Shown: positions 8,641-19,602 of the stretch, one piece after another
How the letters are laid out: the number at the start of each line of letters is the position of its first letter
Numbering within the stretch: position 1 is the stretch's first letter
Assembly (NCBI GenBank): GCA_041946805.1
Contig: JBHGBC010000072.1
Coordinates: 1-28,384, forward strand
Origin: a bacterium
GTDB taxonomy: Bacteria > Hinthialibacterota > Hinthialibacteria > Hinthialibacterales > Hinthialibacteraceae
Direction: 5' to 3'
DNA length: 28,384 nucleotides
Notes under the pieces: model-generated
Databases searched by the model: none
What the model saw: the letters and a program-made list of their open reading frames with translations, nothing else
Told to the model about the DNA's origin: nothing
Position numbers and translations under genes: made by a program

Positions 8641-9056
8641 GGGGACGGTTTCCTCGTTCCGATGGTGAACCATGGAAAATAGGGGCTGCGCGGTTGAGAA
8701 GACCCCGCATGGTAGTATGGTCTATTTTCCGGTTCAAGATGGACGGGAACCCGCGGTGCGGGCATCCCGCCTCCCTCCGGATGACATCCTCGTAATCGCT
8801 GTAATCCAGGAAGCGATGATTCATTATAATGCATTCAATAGTCATCCATTCTTGTATCTATGAATACGAATTACTGATATGACGTATTATGAATCAATCC
8901 TTCCCGCGTATTTCTTTCTTCAAGGGTATTCGCTCCCGAATCAACTCCCGCTATGATGTATCCAGAAAATAAATTGGCGTAGCGGATTGGCGCTCCAGGC
9001 TGGATCCGGATGAGTTCCGGTTGAGGATCCCAGAAATTTTCTTTCCTATTATGTCA

Positions 9057-10491
<1,435 letters not shown>

Positions 10492-10555
10492 AGATAGGGA
10501 TAGATCCAAGTAAAAGTAGTCGATTATAATTGTTCGGGAAAGGAACCGTTTCACG

Positions 10556-10867
10556 GTGCGCGCGATTCATGCCGTCAAGGCGTTGTTGCAGGATTCCGTG
10601 GCCTGGGGACTGGGTTTTCTCCTGGTCTTCACGATTGCCGCGGGCCTGACCACCTTGTTCGAACGGTATGATAAGTTCGAGACGTACAAGAAGCGGTTGT
10701 ACGAGATGGAATACGATATAGTCTTGTTAAAACAGGAGTTGGAAAGCAAAAAGGAGTGGGCGGGACGCCTGGAGTCCGATCCCGCCGCCTGGGAGCAGGT
10801 AGCCCGGGAAAAAATGAATTTTCTCGCTCCCGATGAAATTTTAGTCACGTTTGTGCCCGGACGATAA
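10556..10867 (+). CDS. ftsB: Septum formation initiator family protein (FtsB/DivIC-like)
   Basis: One TM helix, a coiled coil, and the C-terminal motif LESDPAAWEQVAREKMNFLAPDE; in the widely conserved position after eno. Confidence 0.8.
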   Translation: MRAIHAVKALLQDSVAWGLGFLLVFTIAAGLTTLFERYDKFETYKKRLYEMEYDIVLLKQELESKKEWAGRLESDPAAWEQVAREKMNFLAPDEILVTFVPGR

Positions 10868-10970
10868 ACAAAGGGTAGGAAACGGGAGAAAAAATGGGGG
10901 AGCGGGGAGGCGCTGGTGTGCGCGGAAGTCGTCGGCAACTCTTTTTTTTATCGAAAGTTGCGAAATTTCC

Positions 10971-10999
10971 TTGACAAAGAAATTGGGATAGGTTAACGT
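10971..10999 (+). promoter_or_regulatory. Putative sigma70 promoter for tRNA-fMet
   Basis: TTGACA (10971-10976), 17 bp spacer, TAACGT (10994-10999). Confidence 0.6.
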
Positions 11000-11076
11000 A
11001 GAATATTCTTGCCGAATGGTTCATTTGAAACGAGTTGCGAACCGTCGCATGATGGCCTCGGACGAGATCAAATTGA

Positions 11077-11148
<72 letters not shown>

Positions 11149-11154
11149 TATAAG

Positions 11155-11202
11155 GGAATGGAGGTTGGCCGGTTAGCGGATAACCGGTCAACCTTCCATT
11201 CC
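11155..11202 (+). other. Long stem-loop directly after the tRNA
   Basis: GGAATGGAGGTTGGCCGGTTA-gcgga-TAACCGGTCAACCTTCCATTCC: about 21 bp of stem with one bulge and one G-U pair; no U-tract follows. Confidence 0.75.
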
Positions 11203-11277
11203 AAAAACCATGATCACATTAGAGATATGGATGCAATGGCATGAAATGAAAATGGCTGAATCGGGAGTTTGGAGCGC

Positions 11278-11559
11278 GTGACCAAAAAAGAAATCATCGA
11301 AATCGTATCCGACCGGACGCAGCTCAAAAAAAACCACACGAAGGCCATTGTGGAGTGCGTATTCGATGTATTCATTGAGACCTTGGCCCGCGAAGGGCGT
11401 ATCGAGATACGGAACTTCGGTGTATTCAAAGTGAAAAGAACCCCCGCGCGCGTCGGCCGCAATCCCGTCACCAAGGAATCGGCCGACGTTCCCTCCCGGA
11501 ACATCGTCCAGTTCAAAGCCGGGAAATTCATGAAAGAGCGCGTGGCGAAGACAGAATGA
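11278..11559 (+). CDS. HU/IHF family DNA-binding protein (paralog 1)
   Basis: MTKKEII...IEIRNFGVFKVK..PARVGRNPVT...FKAG. The GTG at 11278 gives the canonical MTK N-terminus. Confidence 0.95.
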   Translation: MTKKEIIEIVSDRTQLKKNHTKAIVECVFDVFIETLAREGRIEIRNFGVFKVKRTPARVGRNPVTKESADVPSRNIVQFKAGKFMKERVAKTE

Positions 11560-11969
11560 TGGAAAGCCCAAAAGAAACCTCCCCGCGCGAGTTGGGAGAT
11601 ATTGGTGTATCCAGCGATGTGTTTGAATCCATCGCCGCGACCTGCACCCGGCGCGTGGCCGGCGTGGCGGGGATGGAAACCGCCGACGGCCTGGTGGATA
11701 GCCTCTCCAAGGTTTGGGGACGCAGCGACGCGCCCCGGGGTGTCAAAGTCACCGCCGGCGAAGAAGACGTCTCGATTGATTTATCCATTATCCTGAAGGA
11801 GGGGTATTCCATTCCACAAGTCACGGGTCGTATCCAACGGGAAGTGAAAAGCGTGATCGAGGAAATGACCGGCCGTACGGTCAAAGCCGTGAATATCCTG
11901 ATCGCGGACGTGGAGCAGGCGGGGCCGCAGGCCACGGCCGTGACTTCCCCCGAGGAACCGGAAGAATAG
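11556..11969 (+). CDS. Asp23/Gls24 family envelope stress protein
   Basis: GDIGVSSDVFESIA...VAGVAGM...RGVKV...IDLSII..GYSIPQV...IQREVK..IEEMTG..VKAVNILIADV. ATGA overlap with the HU stop. Confidence 0.92.
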   Translation: MMESPKETSPRELGDIGVSSDVFESIAATCTRRVAGVAGMETADGLVDSLSKVWGRSDAPRGVKVTAGEEDVSIDLSIILKEGYSIPQVTGRIQREVKSVIEEMTGRTVKAVNILIADVEQAGPQATAVTSPEEPEE

Positions 11970-12225
11970 GTTGGCCCGCCTTTCCATCCCCTCGGGACCG
12001 GTCCGCCGGTCAAGTGTGCGGTGAAGTTCGGGAATCCATTTCACAAAGATTTTGATATAGTAATATCGAATCGTGTTCCAGCGGCCTGGAATGCGTCAGC
12101 TTCATCATAAAAGAAATCGGTGAGGGGGAACCTTGCCGGAAACAGTCGCAGCAACTGGTCGAAGAATCAACAGAGAACCCGTCTTGATTTGGTTCCTGCG
12201 AGACGGCATCTATAGAGGAGGATGC

Positions 12226-15200
12226 ATGATGTTCCAAAAACATGGGCTGTTTTTTGCGGTAAAGGCAGTGGTTACACTCTTACTTGTCGCTGTTGCTTTA
12301 CCCTCACCGGTTTGCGCGCAATCTGACCTTGCCGCAAGAGTTAAAATCCAAGGCCCAGAGTTCGGCGATGTTTTGTTGGTCAGGGATGGAAATGACATCA
12401 TCGTCTTCGGTTTGGCCGGCGCCGTTCCTCCTTCCAGCAAAGTGATCATCACCGCCGGAAATCTCCCTCCCATCGAAACCGATGCCTCTTTTGTCGGGAA
12501 ATTCCCCATCCGCCAGGGCCAGCCGGTCCGTCTCGCCGGTGGGGCCGCACTCACCTCCGCCACCATCGAGGTGGTCAAGGCGGGTAGCAGTGAACGCGTC
12601 TCGGGAACCTTTCCTCTCAACATCACCGGCCCGGAAATACTGCAAGCCTTCCGTGATTACCAAGAAGAAGCCGGCCTAGTGTTGAGCGGCCAAAAAGAGA
12701 CCGTCGAAAAAGGCATGCCGCCCCATATCCTCCTCGACGTCCAGGCGGAATCGGAAGGAGACCAGCCCTTAGTGGGAAAGGTCCTCCTGACCCAACGGCT
12801 GGTGGTCTCCGGCTCGGGCGCCAACCTCAGCGCCAGCATCGTGGATGAATTCGAGGGCCTCTCCGACGCGGGAGTCATGCCGGAGCTCAACAGCCTTCCT
12901 CCCTTTGCGCGCGCCGGAGTCTATAGCGTGCCCGTCGATACCGCCAACCCCGACCGCCGCTACCGGATTTATAACATCGAAACCGTCACCTTCTTCAACG
13001 GCGAGTTTCTCAGCAACGGCTCGTTCTTCCCCTTCGTCATCGGGGATGTGAACAGCCGGAACAAGGACACGATCAATCCGCCGCTGGAGGAATCGCCGAT
13101 TCTCATTCCCCAGCCGACCGACACGCTCTACCTGGTGGTGGAGACGGATGCCTCGCAAGGCGAGGTCCGCAAGTTCGCGGCCCGGATCCTCAATGACATC
13201 GCGGCCGGGGTGCAGGGAGATCCCACGGTATTGACCAATAACACCCTGGACGTTCCCGGCGCCCCCGGACCCAACGGCTCGGCGGTTGTCCAAGGGAAAG
13301 CCGATCCCTACGCCATCGTCACCGCCTACCTTGGAAATGACGTGAAATCCGAATGGCTGGCCAGCGCCCAGGCCGACGCGTCAGGAAATTTCTCCCTCCT
13401 GATTCCCTCGCGGGCCGAACTGAATCCCCAGACCAACGAATTCGGACCTTACCTGCCCACCAAGGAAGTCTACCTCAGCGTGATCGACCTGCTGGGGAAT
13501 GAAAGCACCGCGCTCAAGCCGGTGGCCACCGATGACACACTGGTGATCTTCGAAAACCCGGTGGCCTCGGAAACGGAAGCCGCCTGGGCCGTGCAGGGCC
13601 GGACCGAACCGGCCGCGTTGGTGCTGATCACCGGCCGCACCAAAACCGGCGACGTGCGGTATGACGCGGGCGGCGGCAAGGCGGGCGCTGACGGGCGCTT
13701 CACCCTGGGCGTCCGGCCTTACTATGAATATCAATTGCAGATCACCGATCTGGCGGGCAACACCACCGAGACCCCGGTCGTGATTCCCGGCGATCAAGCC
13801 ACTCCCGATCCCTCGGACTTCTCCGTTTCGGCCAGTTTCCCCCGCATCCGGATTTCCGGCAAGGCGGAACCGTTCGCCAGCGTGATCTCCTTCGGGATTG
13901 AACTCGACAAGGTGCCCACGGATCCGCAGGTGACCGACGCCCTGCCCGCGGGGGCCTTCTTCCTCGGCGGCGCGAATCTCGAATTCCCCGAAACCACCGC
14001 CAAGGCCGACGCGGAGGGCAACTTCTCGCTGACCGTGCCCTTCTCGGTCAGCCGCTGGATTTACCTGCAATCCGTGGATCACGCGGGCAATTCCAGCCGT
14101 TTCGTGCCGGTGGAAATGGTTGACCAGAACGGCAATCCTTTCCTGAAGAACCTGATCTCGTTTGACTCGATCAGCGTCGAGAACAAACCCGCCGGCGCTC
14201 CGGACCGGGTTTCGGGCCGCACCATCAACGCCACGGACGGGACCCCGGTCACCGGCCTGGTCGTGGCCGGCTTCGCGGGCATCCAGAGCGAAACCGACAT
14301 CGTGATCCCCTTCGTGGACCAGATTACCGACCTGGTTCCCGTGGATGTCAACGGTCAGTTTACGCTCCTGGTTCCGGACCGTTCTCCGGCGTCCAACGAA
14401 TTCATCACCGGCTTCTATCTGGTGGCGTTTTTGCAGGATGAAAACGGCGCCTTGCGGGATGTCGGTTTCACCTTCATCGACGAGCAGGATGATCTCAACC
14501 GCATCGGGCCGGACATCTTCTTCGCGCCGCTGGCCAGCGATATTGAATTGATTCAGAGCGGGAAGGGATCGCCCGACATCATCAACATCAGCCGGATCTA
14601 TCCCGCCGGGACGGGCGCGGGCAACGCCGACCTGCCGGCGGACGCATTGCCCTTCATCGTCCTGCTGGTGGATGAAAACGACGATGATCTCATCGACGTG
14701 ACCTCGTCCACGGTCCAGGTGCTGGACGCGAAACCCTTGAACGCCGTGAAATTCGGCAGCGTCTTCTTCCCGGTTCCGGGCGTGCAGGGGCTCGATGTGG
14801 GCGATAACTATTGGGATCCCGAAACTCAAAGCGTGCATGGCCGCTCGGTGGTCTTCGTCTCCCTGATCGACGCGGTGGGCAACTTCAGCCCCAATCCGTT
14901 GCCGGTATATCTGGATGTCTTTACCCAGGATCCCGTGGCATCCGAAATCACGGCCAGCGGGAACGCGATCTTCGCCAACGAGGGCGCCGTCGAGTCGTAC
15001 GCCCTGGTTTCCGTCTTTGCCAATCCGGATAAATCGGGCTGGATCGCGGCGGGCCAGGCCTACGTGAACGGCGGATTCGCCATCACCGGCCTGTCCCTCA
15101 CGCAGGACGAGGTGTACATCAGCGCCAAGGACGCCGCCGGTAATGAAAGCAATGCCGTGCGGGTTCCGGTCCGCAATCCGATTGCCGCCAAGCAATTCAT

Positions 15201-16287
15201 GGTTTTGGACGGCCTGGGCTTGATTCATACCTCCACCTCCACTCTGACCAGCGGCCAGTTGCCTTCGGACAGCGCCCGGGCCATTTCCGTGGCCGATTCG
15301 ACCGTCTATGAGCTTTTGTCCGACGGCCGCATCCTCAAGGTTGCGGGAGAAGGATTGGTCACGAATCCGGATGAGCAAATCCTCGTGGACGGCGCTTTCG
15401 CCCGTGACCTGGAAGTGATCAGCGCCAATCCGTTCGCCGCCTATGTGCTGCTGGGCAACGGCGTGATTCTCACCTACGGCAATGCGCCCTTCATCGGCGA
15501 TATCGAATCGTCCGGCATGCCGGGGACCCGTCTGCCGCTGGGCGGCGGCAGCCCGCTCTTCTTCCTCGATCAGAACGGCAACGGCGTCCGCGATACGGAG
15601 GACAAGAACGGCAACGGCGCGCTCGATATTTCCGTGGGCGTCGGCGGTGTGCTGAAGACCGAGGATACCGGAATTCCCGGTATCACCGGCACGGCGGGGA
15701 ACGGCATCCTCGATCAGGAATCCCTGTACAATCCGCGCAGCATCGATAACGGTTTCGGGTGGGACATCGCCCGCGACCTGGAACTGGTGCGGGACAACAG
15801 CGGCGTGGTGAAAGGCTATGTGATCCTGGATGGCGTGGGAGTGATGTGGCCTTTCGGCAGCGACATCGGCGCCGATAACGTCCGGCCCAAGGCCACCAAC
15901 GGCTATTCGCTGAGCAACCAGTTCAAGGCCTTCCAGCTGATCGTGCAGGACGGCAAGATTGTCGACTTCATCAGCCTCAACGGCATGGGCCAGCTCTTCG
16001 GGCTGCCCAGCGACCAGGGCGGTGTGCTGGGCGCCGGTCCCTCCACGGATCCCAACACGGCCGGTTTCCTGTCCGCGGATCAGTACGGCATTCCGTACTT
16101 TGGATTTGACATCGCGCGCGACATCGAAGCGAACCGCGGCGATTCGAACGGCGATGGCCAGGTGGACTGGAAGGATGGATTCTACGTGCTGGATGGATTC
16201 GGCGGGATTCACGCCATCGGCGGCGCGGAGGATATCGAGGATTCTCCCTTCCTCGGATTCGATATCGCGCGGGATCTGGATTTCTAA
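12226..16287 (+). CDS. Large secreted/surface protein (~1353 aa) with tandem bacterial Ig-like domains and a C-terminal repeat beta-propeller
   Basis: GGAGG RBS before ATG 12226/12229; signal peptide ending VCA-Q. Ig-like units of the form G.AEP...V / ADA.GNFS / DxxGN. C-terminal repeats of the form xxVLDGxGxIH...GFDIARDL. Confidence 0.85.
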   Translation: MMFQKHGLFFAVKAVVTLLLVAVALPSPVCAQSDLAARVKIQGPEFGDVLLVRDGNDIIVFGLAGAVPPSSKVIITAGNLPPIETDASFVGKFPIRQGQPVRLAGGAALTSATIEVVKAGSSERVSGTFPLNITGPEILQAFRDYQEEAGLVLSGQKETVEKGMPPHILLDVQAESEGDQPLVGKVLLTQRLVVSGSGANLSASIVDEFEGLSDAGVMPELNSLPPFARAGVYSVPVDTANPDRRYRIYNIETVTFFNGEFLSNGSFFPFVIGDVNSRNKDTINPPLEESPILIPQPTDTLYLVVETDASQGEVRKFAARILNDIAAGVQGDPTVLTNNTLDVPGAPGPNGSAVVQGKADPYAIVTAYLGNDVKSEWLASAQADASGNFSLLIPSRAELNPQTNEFGPYLPTKEVYLSVIDLLGNESTALKPVATDDTLVIFENPVASETEAAWAVQGRTEPAALVLITGRTKTGDVRYDAGGGKAGADGRFTLGVRPYYEYQLQITDLAGNTTETPVVIPGDQATPDPSDFSVSASFPRIRISGKAEPFASVISFGIELDKVPTDPQVTDALPAGAFFLGGANLEFPETTAKADAEGNFSLTVPFSVSRWIYLQSVDHAGNSSRFVPVEMVDQNGNPFLKNLISFDSISVENKPAGAPDRVSGRTINATDGTPVTGLVVAGFAGIQSETDIVIPFVDQITDLVPVDVNGQFTLLVPDRSPASNEFITGFYLVAFLQDENGALRDVGFTFIDEQDDLNRIGPDIFFAPLASDIELIQSGKGSPDIINISRIYPAGTGAGNADLPADALPFIVLLVDENDDDLIDVTSSTVQVLDAKPLNAVKFGSVFFPVPGVQGLDVGDNYWDPETQSVHGRSVVFVSLIDAVGNFSPNPLPVYLDVFTQDPVASEITASGNAIFANEGAVESYALVSVFANPDKSGWIAAGQAYVNGGFAITGLSLTQDEVYISAKDAAGNESNAVRVPVRNPIAAKQFMVLDGLGLIHTSTSTLTSGQLPSDSARAISVADSTVYELLSDGRILKVAGEGLVTNPDEQILVDGAFARDLEVISANPFAAYVLLGNGVILTYGNAPFIGDIESSGMPGTRLPLGGGSPLFFLDQNGNGVRDTEDKNGNGALDISVGVGGVLKTEDTGIPGITGTAGNGILDQESLYNPRSIDNGFGWDIARDLELVRDNSGVVKGYVILDGVGVMWPFGSDIGADNVRPKATNGYSLSNQFKAFQLIVQDGKIVDFISLNGMGQLFGLPSDQGGVLGAGPSTDPNTAGFLSADQYGIPYFGFDIARDIEANRGDSNGDGQVDWKDGFYVLDGFGGIHAIGGAEDIEDSPFLGFDIARDLDF

Positions 16288-16371
16288 ATCCGCCGGACGC
16301 GGATCATGCCCGTTTATGGTCTTCGGGCAGCGTAAACACCATAACACGAGAACCACTGTACGAGCGGAAGA

Positions 16372-16410
16372 GAGGGGCAAGACCATCGCGTCTTGCCCCT
16401 CGTTCTGTTT
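16372..16410 (+). terminator. Probable intrinsic terminator (possibly REP-derived hairpin)
   Basis: GAGGGGCAAGAC-catcgc-GTCTTGCCCCTC (perfect 12-bp stem) followed by GTTCTGTTT, downstream of the large gene. Confidence 0.65.
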
Positions 16411-16691
16411 GCATGGTTCACGCGCGGCCGGATCCATGGGATCCATACAAGCCTGGCGGTCCTTTCATTCTTCAGGGAGCGGTCCGCATGGTCTTTGCGG
16501 CGCAGGGATCTTGCCGGCGTAAACCCGGCGGGGGCGGCCCATACTCAGTCAGGAGAAAAATCCCCTGAAACCGGTGTTGGTAATTCGGAATCTGGGGAAA
16601 AATCCCGGACGCCCATTAAATCCATCCGCGCCGCCTTGACCCGCCGGAGAAAAAATCTTCCTTCTTTTGAACCGAAACACTGCATTTTTAA

Positions 16692-16720
16692 TTGTTTGCC
16701 GTCTTGGATTGTGCTATAGT
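16692..16720 (+). promoter_or_regulatory. Putative extended -10 sigma70 promoter for the 670-aa gene
   Basis: TTGTTT (16692-16697), 17 bp spacer, TATAGT (16715-16720) preceded by TG-N. Confidence 0.5.
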
Positions 16721-17040
16721 AAAAACTCCATGTGGATCGCGCCGCCGGGTGGAATGGTTGATGAAACGCGGGGCGGGATGATATGAACACGTGGTGAAAC
16801 CGGTATGTTTTGGGCTTCGTAATTGCCGACTTGAGATTGGGTGCGGATTATCGCTGTTTGGGTTGTGGGAGACCGCCAGGGATCCGGGTGGATTCTTGGG
16901 TTGTGTGAATTCTATCGCTTGTCCCTCCTCGATGTGGATCTCCTTTCCTCCCCAAACGGTAAACTGGATTGGATGCTTTGTTGAGCTGGTTTTTGGTTTC
17001 AGAACGGACCGCTCTGAACCGGGCATGGTGTGTTTGAGAA

Positions 17041-19053
17041 ATGGAGATCTTTAAAAAAATCAATCTTCGATTCAAGGTCGCCGTGGCCTGGGCCATGGCC
17101 GTGGCTCTATTGGTGTTTCTCTGCTGCAACGCCCTCTTCTGGGTGGTGAAGGAAAAACGGGGGCAGGATCTCGCCCGGCATTCCTCCATGCTTGCAAACC
17201 GGATCGCCGCCTTTCCGGCCGTCCGGTCATACCTGACGGAACAATCCGGGGCCCCCACGAAAGACGAAGTCGAGAATCTCCTGAATCTGCTCCTGGCGGG
17301 TGATCCCTTCGTGGACGAGATCACCATCATCGACCAGGCGGGCAAGGTCCCATTCCGGATCTCCCAATCCCGCACTCCGGAGGGAGCCAACGTGTCCCTG
17401 CCCGAACGGGAACCCATGACGCCGGCGGCCATGCACGAAATCCTGGCCGATGGCAATTCCATCCTGATCGAGAACACCGGGGATTTTCTGGTTCGTCTCG
17501 TGATCAATCCGGATTCACAATGGGGTTACGTGAAGGTGCATTGGAAGCCCGAGGCCTTCTGGAAATATTACAACCTGTTGAAGTGGAGCATCCTGTGCGT
17601 CACGGGGGCGGCCTTCTTGCTGGGCTTGGGGATGGCCCTCCTTCTTCTGAAACGGACCTATACCCGGGAATACTACCGCCTGTCCAAGGCCTTGAACTTG
17701 TTGTGCGGCCACGATTTCTGCCAGCGGATCGACACGCAACACTATTCCCCCGCCATGGCCGATATCGCGGTCCATGTGAACCGGATCCTGCAGGAAACCG
17801 AAGAGGAGAAAAAGAAAAACAAGATTCTGGACGACAACCTCCGCCAGATGGAGCGGGGATGCGCCAATTACCGCAAAGCCCTGAACCAGAAAACCGTGGA
17901 ATGTGAAAAAATGCGCCAAGAAATGCGCGAAGGACTCATCCAACTGTTCGATTTGCTCTGGTGCGGCGTGCTGATCGTCGACGACGAATTCGGCATCCAC
18001 TACATCAACACCCAAGCCGAACGGCTTCTGCGGTTCGCCCGTTATGAGGAATCCTACCTCGCGGATGACCGGTTGCGGACCAGCCTCGCCCCCCTCGTCC
18101 GTTTCGGCGAGCTCGACCGGGTGGACGACCTCTGCGTCTGGCCCAAGCCCACCTTCGGACAGTCGGTCTCCTGCCACGTGCGCGCCGCGAAGATTCCCAC
18201 CGCGGAGGGTGTCCCCTTGTATTTTGTCCTGCTGCAAGAAGAAAGCGGGTATCCCAAACCTCACAATTCCGACTACTATTCCAAGCGGCTGGTGTTCGAT
18301 ATTCTCGATTCCAGCGGCTGGATCGAGGAATCGGCGCCGGCGGGCGCGATGACCTCCTCCCGGGGCGATGGCGCCTTGCGTGAATGGTTTCAGCAATGCC
18401 TGGACCGTCTCAAAACCTTCCACGCCTTGGAAAAGGGAGAACTAGGAGAAGCGCAACCCCTCCGCCTGGCCTCCTGGATGCGAGCCCATTTTTCCGGCTC
18501 CCGCCATTTCTCCCGGTTTCTCCAAATCGATGACAATCCGCCGGAACTGGACATCGCGCTCCAGGTGCCCGAGCGGGTGCTGGCGGAACTGTTGGAGTCG
18601 CTGCTCATCGTGCTTAACCGCTTGATCTATCCCTCCGGCCGCTATCCTGGCGATTCCATGGCCCTCCGGGCTTCGATCGATTCGCGGGGCAAGCCGGTTA
18701 TCTCCATTTCCCTGCCCAACGTGGCCAAAAAACAGGCCGCCCGCATTCACGACTTGCTCAACGAACGGATCGATTTGACCGGCGAATTCAACACCGACTC
18801 GCCCTTGACCCTGGAACGGCTGGAAATCGATATCTGCTACTCGTTGTTCCGCTGCGTCAAACAGTTGCTGCGCGTCCAGGCGGAGTGCGTCTATTCGGAA
18901 AACATACAATCGGCGATGGTCCGTCTGATCCTCGAATACCATTCCTCCCCTTCCAGAAAGGGAAAAGAAGCATCCCTAGCGGATTCGGAACCCGGAAATC
19001 CGGCCCGCCTGGCGTCCAAAGACATGATTCAGCAATATCTGACCCGGGAATGA
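17041..19053 (+). CDS. Membrane sensor-like protein: 2 TM, HAMP-like, coiled coil, PAS-like, and a degenerate histidine-kinase-like C-terminus
   Basis: TM1 near aa 12-35 and TM2 near aa 182-203. HAMP-like RLSKALNLLCGHDF...DIAVHVNRI. PAS N-cap LFDLLWCGVLIVDDEFGIHYINTQAERLL. No H, N or G boxes are recognisable. Confidence 0.7.
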   Translation: MEIFKKINLRFKVAVAWAMAVALLVFLCCNALFWVVKEKRGQDLARHSSMLANRIAAFPAVRSYLTEQSGAPTKDEVENLLNLLLAGDPFVDEITIIDQAGKVPFRISQSRTPEGANVSLPEREPMTPAAMHEILADGNSILIENTGDFLVRLVINPDSQWGYVKVHWKPEAFWKYYNLLKWSILCVTGAAFLLGLGMALLLLKRTYTREYYRLSKALNLLCGHDFCQRIDTQHYSPAMADIAVHVNRILQETEEEKKKNKILDDNLRQMERGCANYRKALNQKTVECEKMRQEMREGLIQLFDLLWCGVLIVDDEFGIHYINTQAERLLRFARYEESYLADDRLRTSLAPLVRFGELDRVDDLCVWPKPTFGQSVSCHVRAAKIPTAEGVPLYFVLLQEESGYPKPHNSDYYSKRLVFDILDSSGWIEESAPAGAMTSSRGDGALREWFQQCLDRLKTFHALEKGELGEAQPLRLASWMRAHFSGSRHFSRFLQIDDNPPELDIALQVPERVLAELLESLLIVLNRLIYPSGRYPGDSMALRASIDSRGKPVISISLPNVAKKQAARIHDLLNERIDLTGEFNTDSPLTLERLEIDICYSLFRCVKQLLRVQAECVYSENIQSAMVRLILEYHSSPSRKGKEASLADSEPGNPARLASKDMIQQYLTRE

Positions 19054-19086
19054 CCGTAAGAAATAAGGACACGCGAAAGAAAACGC

Positions 19087-19115
19087 TTGCATCTCGTAAA
19101 ACCTTGCGTTATAGT
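19087..19115 (+). promoter_or_regulatory. Putative sigma70 promoter for HU paralog 2 and the HDOD gene
   Basis: TTGCAT (19087-19092), 17 bp spacer, TATAGT (19110-19115). Confidence 0.6.
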
Positions 19116-19203
19116 GGATTAGGTTCACTATTGCCTTATTTTATTGGATCGAGTGTTTCTCGTTTCTGGGTCACTAAGGGCATGGACTTGTGGAGGGTTT
19201 CGA

Positions 19204-19503
19204 ATGACTAGTACGAAAAAGGACATCGTGAAGGAAGTCGCCACGCGAACCGGTTTCGATATTTCCAGTGTCAAAGAAATCGTGCAAACCATGTTCGACG
19301 CCATGTGCGAGGGGCTGTCGTCAGATGGAAATATTGAAATCCGTAATTTTGGAATTTTTAAAGTCAAGGAAACCCCCGCCCGGAACGCCCGGAATCCGAA
19401 GACCAGTGAAATCATCACCGTCCCCGCGAAAAAACATATCAGTTTTAAACCCGGACAGTTGATGAAGGAAAAAATCAACGAAAAAAACGATCCGTCGTCC
19501 TGA
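19204..19503 (+). CDS. HU/IHF family DNA-binding protein (paralog 2)
   Basis: MTSTKKDIV...IEIRNFGIFKVKETPARNARNPKT...FKPG; GGAGG RBS at 19192-19196. Confidence 0.95.
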   Translation: MTSTKKDIVKEVATRTGFDISSVKEIVQTMFDAMCEGLSSDGNIEIRNFGIFKVKETPARNARNPKTSEIITVPAKKHISFKPGQLMKEKINEKNDPSS

Positions 19504-19602
19504 GTCATCCCCAGGCGGGGCCTGCCCGCCGGCCGGCCTGAGCCCTCTGGCGCGCGTGGGATCAGTTATCATCTAAAATCGAACGCTTCACCCGCGAAAA
19601 TC

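Noticed and set aside
16261..16287. C-terminal Phe of the large protein as an autotransporter beta-barrel signal
   Set aside because: The terminal DIARDLDF is a copy of the internal repeat strand, and no amphipathic barrel region precedes it.
13381..16446. 1021-aa ORF on the minus strand
   Set aside because: It lies almost entirely antisense to the large surface-protein gene, has no start signal or motifs, and is an expected shadow ORF given strong GC3 codon bias.
16288..17040. Small ORFs or a known riboswitch (e.g. c-di-GMP) in the 750-bp gap
   Set aside because: The ORFs lack an RBS and coding-like composition, and I could not match a riboswitch consensus by eye. An Infernal/Rfam search would be needed to exclude one.
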